Positions 63,197 through 64,000 of a stretch of 64,000 nucleotides of DNA are shown piece after piece. The position numbers and the translations under genes were made by a program. Positions within the stretch are counted from its first letter, which is position 1. Every line of letters starts with the position of its first letter. The notes under the pieces were generated by a model, which was not told the origin of the DNA, did no database searches, and saw only the letters and a program-made list of their open reading frames with translations. The stretch is from Bacteroidales bacterium (GTDB taxonomy: Bacteria; Bacteroidota; Bacteroidia; Bacteroidales; F082). The DNA lies in contig JALNZT010000006.1 of assembly GCA_023229135.1 (NCBI GenBank), forward strand, positions 1,996 to 65,995, read 5' to 3'.

Positions 63197-64000
63197 TATG
63201 CTCAGCAGAAGGCATCTCAGAGTCAAAGTTCTCCAGGCAGTTTACGCTTATTTTCAGTCCGGCAATCAGGATTTATACAAGGGCGAAAAGCAATTGATAC
63301 TCAGTATCAATAAATTATATGAGTTATTTATCTGGCAGCTGTCCTTTTTAATTGAGCTGAGTCGCTTTGCCGAAAACAGGATGGAAGAGAACAAGAAAAA
63401 GCATTTCCCAACAGCAGAGGATCTCGAACCTAACCTTAGGTTTATTAATAATAGAGCACTTAAAAGTCTGAATGATAACAAAGATTTTAAGCGCTACGAA
63501 AATCTTTACAAAATCAATTGGAGCGAAGGTCAGGAGGTGGTCAGGAAGTTTTATAACCAGCTGCGCGAAACACCGGAATATCAAAAATATATGCATTCAG
63601 AGGTCAATGATTTTGAGGAAGATAAGAAATTCCTCATCCTGTTGGCCGAACGCTATTTTGCTGACCAGGAATTGCTGGAATCTTTTTATGAAGAAAAATC
63701 CATCTATTTTGTGGATGATTATCACTTGATTTCTTATCTGATTATCAAGTTTTTTAAAGGTATGAACGAAGATTTCAATGAGTGGACGGCCATGCCGGAT
63801 ATCTTAAAAACGGCCAAAGAGGAAGATAATGAAGACCTCGACTTTGTGAAAAAACTTTTCAGAAATACCCTTATCAAAGGCGAAGAATATGCAACGATGA
63901 TTTCGGCTACCACGGCCAATTGGGAACAAGATCGTATCGCCGTGATGGATATGCTGATCTTGAAAATGGCACTGGCCGAGATTTTCACATTTCGATCTAT
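63197..64000 (+). CDS. nusB: transcription antitermination factor NusB (long Bacteroidota form); 3' end outside window
   Basis: Own translation from ATG 63197: MLSRRHLRVKVLQAVYAYFQSGN...NWEQDRIAVMDMLILKMALAEI. The frame is open to the window edge and absent from the ORF track. Confidence 0.8.

Overview
The window looks like a Bacteroidota chromosome segment. This call rests on the bamD-rpoZ-coaBC-DUF4835 ... recN neighbourhood, TAnnTTTG-type promoters and many SpII lipoprotein signals. The core genes are an alpha-oxoamine synthase, bamD, rpoZ, coaBC, recN and fabI, followed by a LytS-type kinase with a LytTR regulator. They continue with a four-subunit 2-oxoacid:ferredoxin oxidoreductase operon, an aminotransferase, an ADP-forming acyl-CoA synthetase operon and a DAK2-DegV fusion. 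The last core genes are a short DnaE-family polymerase, a desaturase, an exonuclease/GIY-YIG fusion, RRM and cold-shock proteins, a GT2 protein and nusB.

A visibly AT-rich accessory island of about 25.7 kb (about 4623-30354) sits between the DUF4835 gene and recN. I see no integrase or transposase in it. The island is an array of minus-strand cassettes:
- Cassette A: two paralogous small secreted Cys proteins plus a 598-aa secreted CPRC (thioredoxin-like) protein.
- Cassette B: a complete GG-leader RiPP operon. It has two CxCxCxC precursors, each followed by a secreted HExxH protein, then a radical SAM/SPASM enzyme, a pseudo-rSAM partner, a C39-ABC exporter and HlyD.
- Cassette C: a decayed second copy of that module.
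- Cassette D: a GG-leader peptide, an unknown secreted protein and an ATP-grasp enzyme.
- Cassette E: a degenerate peptide with small lipoproteins.
- Last segment: an FtsX-type permease flanked by direct repeats.

Five cassettes are headed by the same roughly 0.5-kb noncoding promoter/leader module. That module contains a G/C homopolymer of variable length (9, 10, 11 and 11 nt). Cassette borders carry duplicated pieces of the DUF4835 3' end that break at one common core, which suggests repeated site-specific insertion.

All family assignments come from reading motifs by eye. No BLAST, HMM or folding runs were possible.
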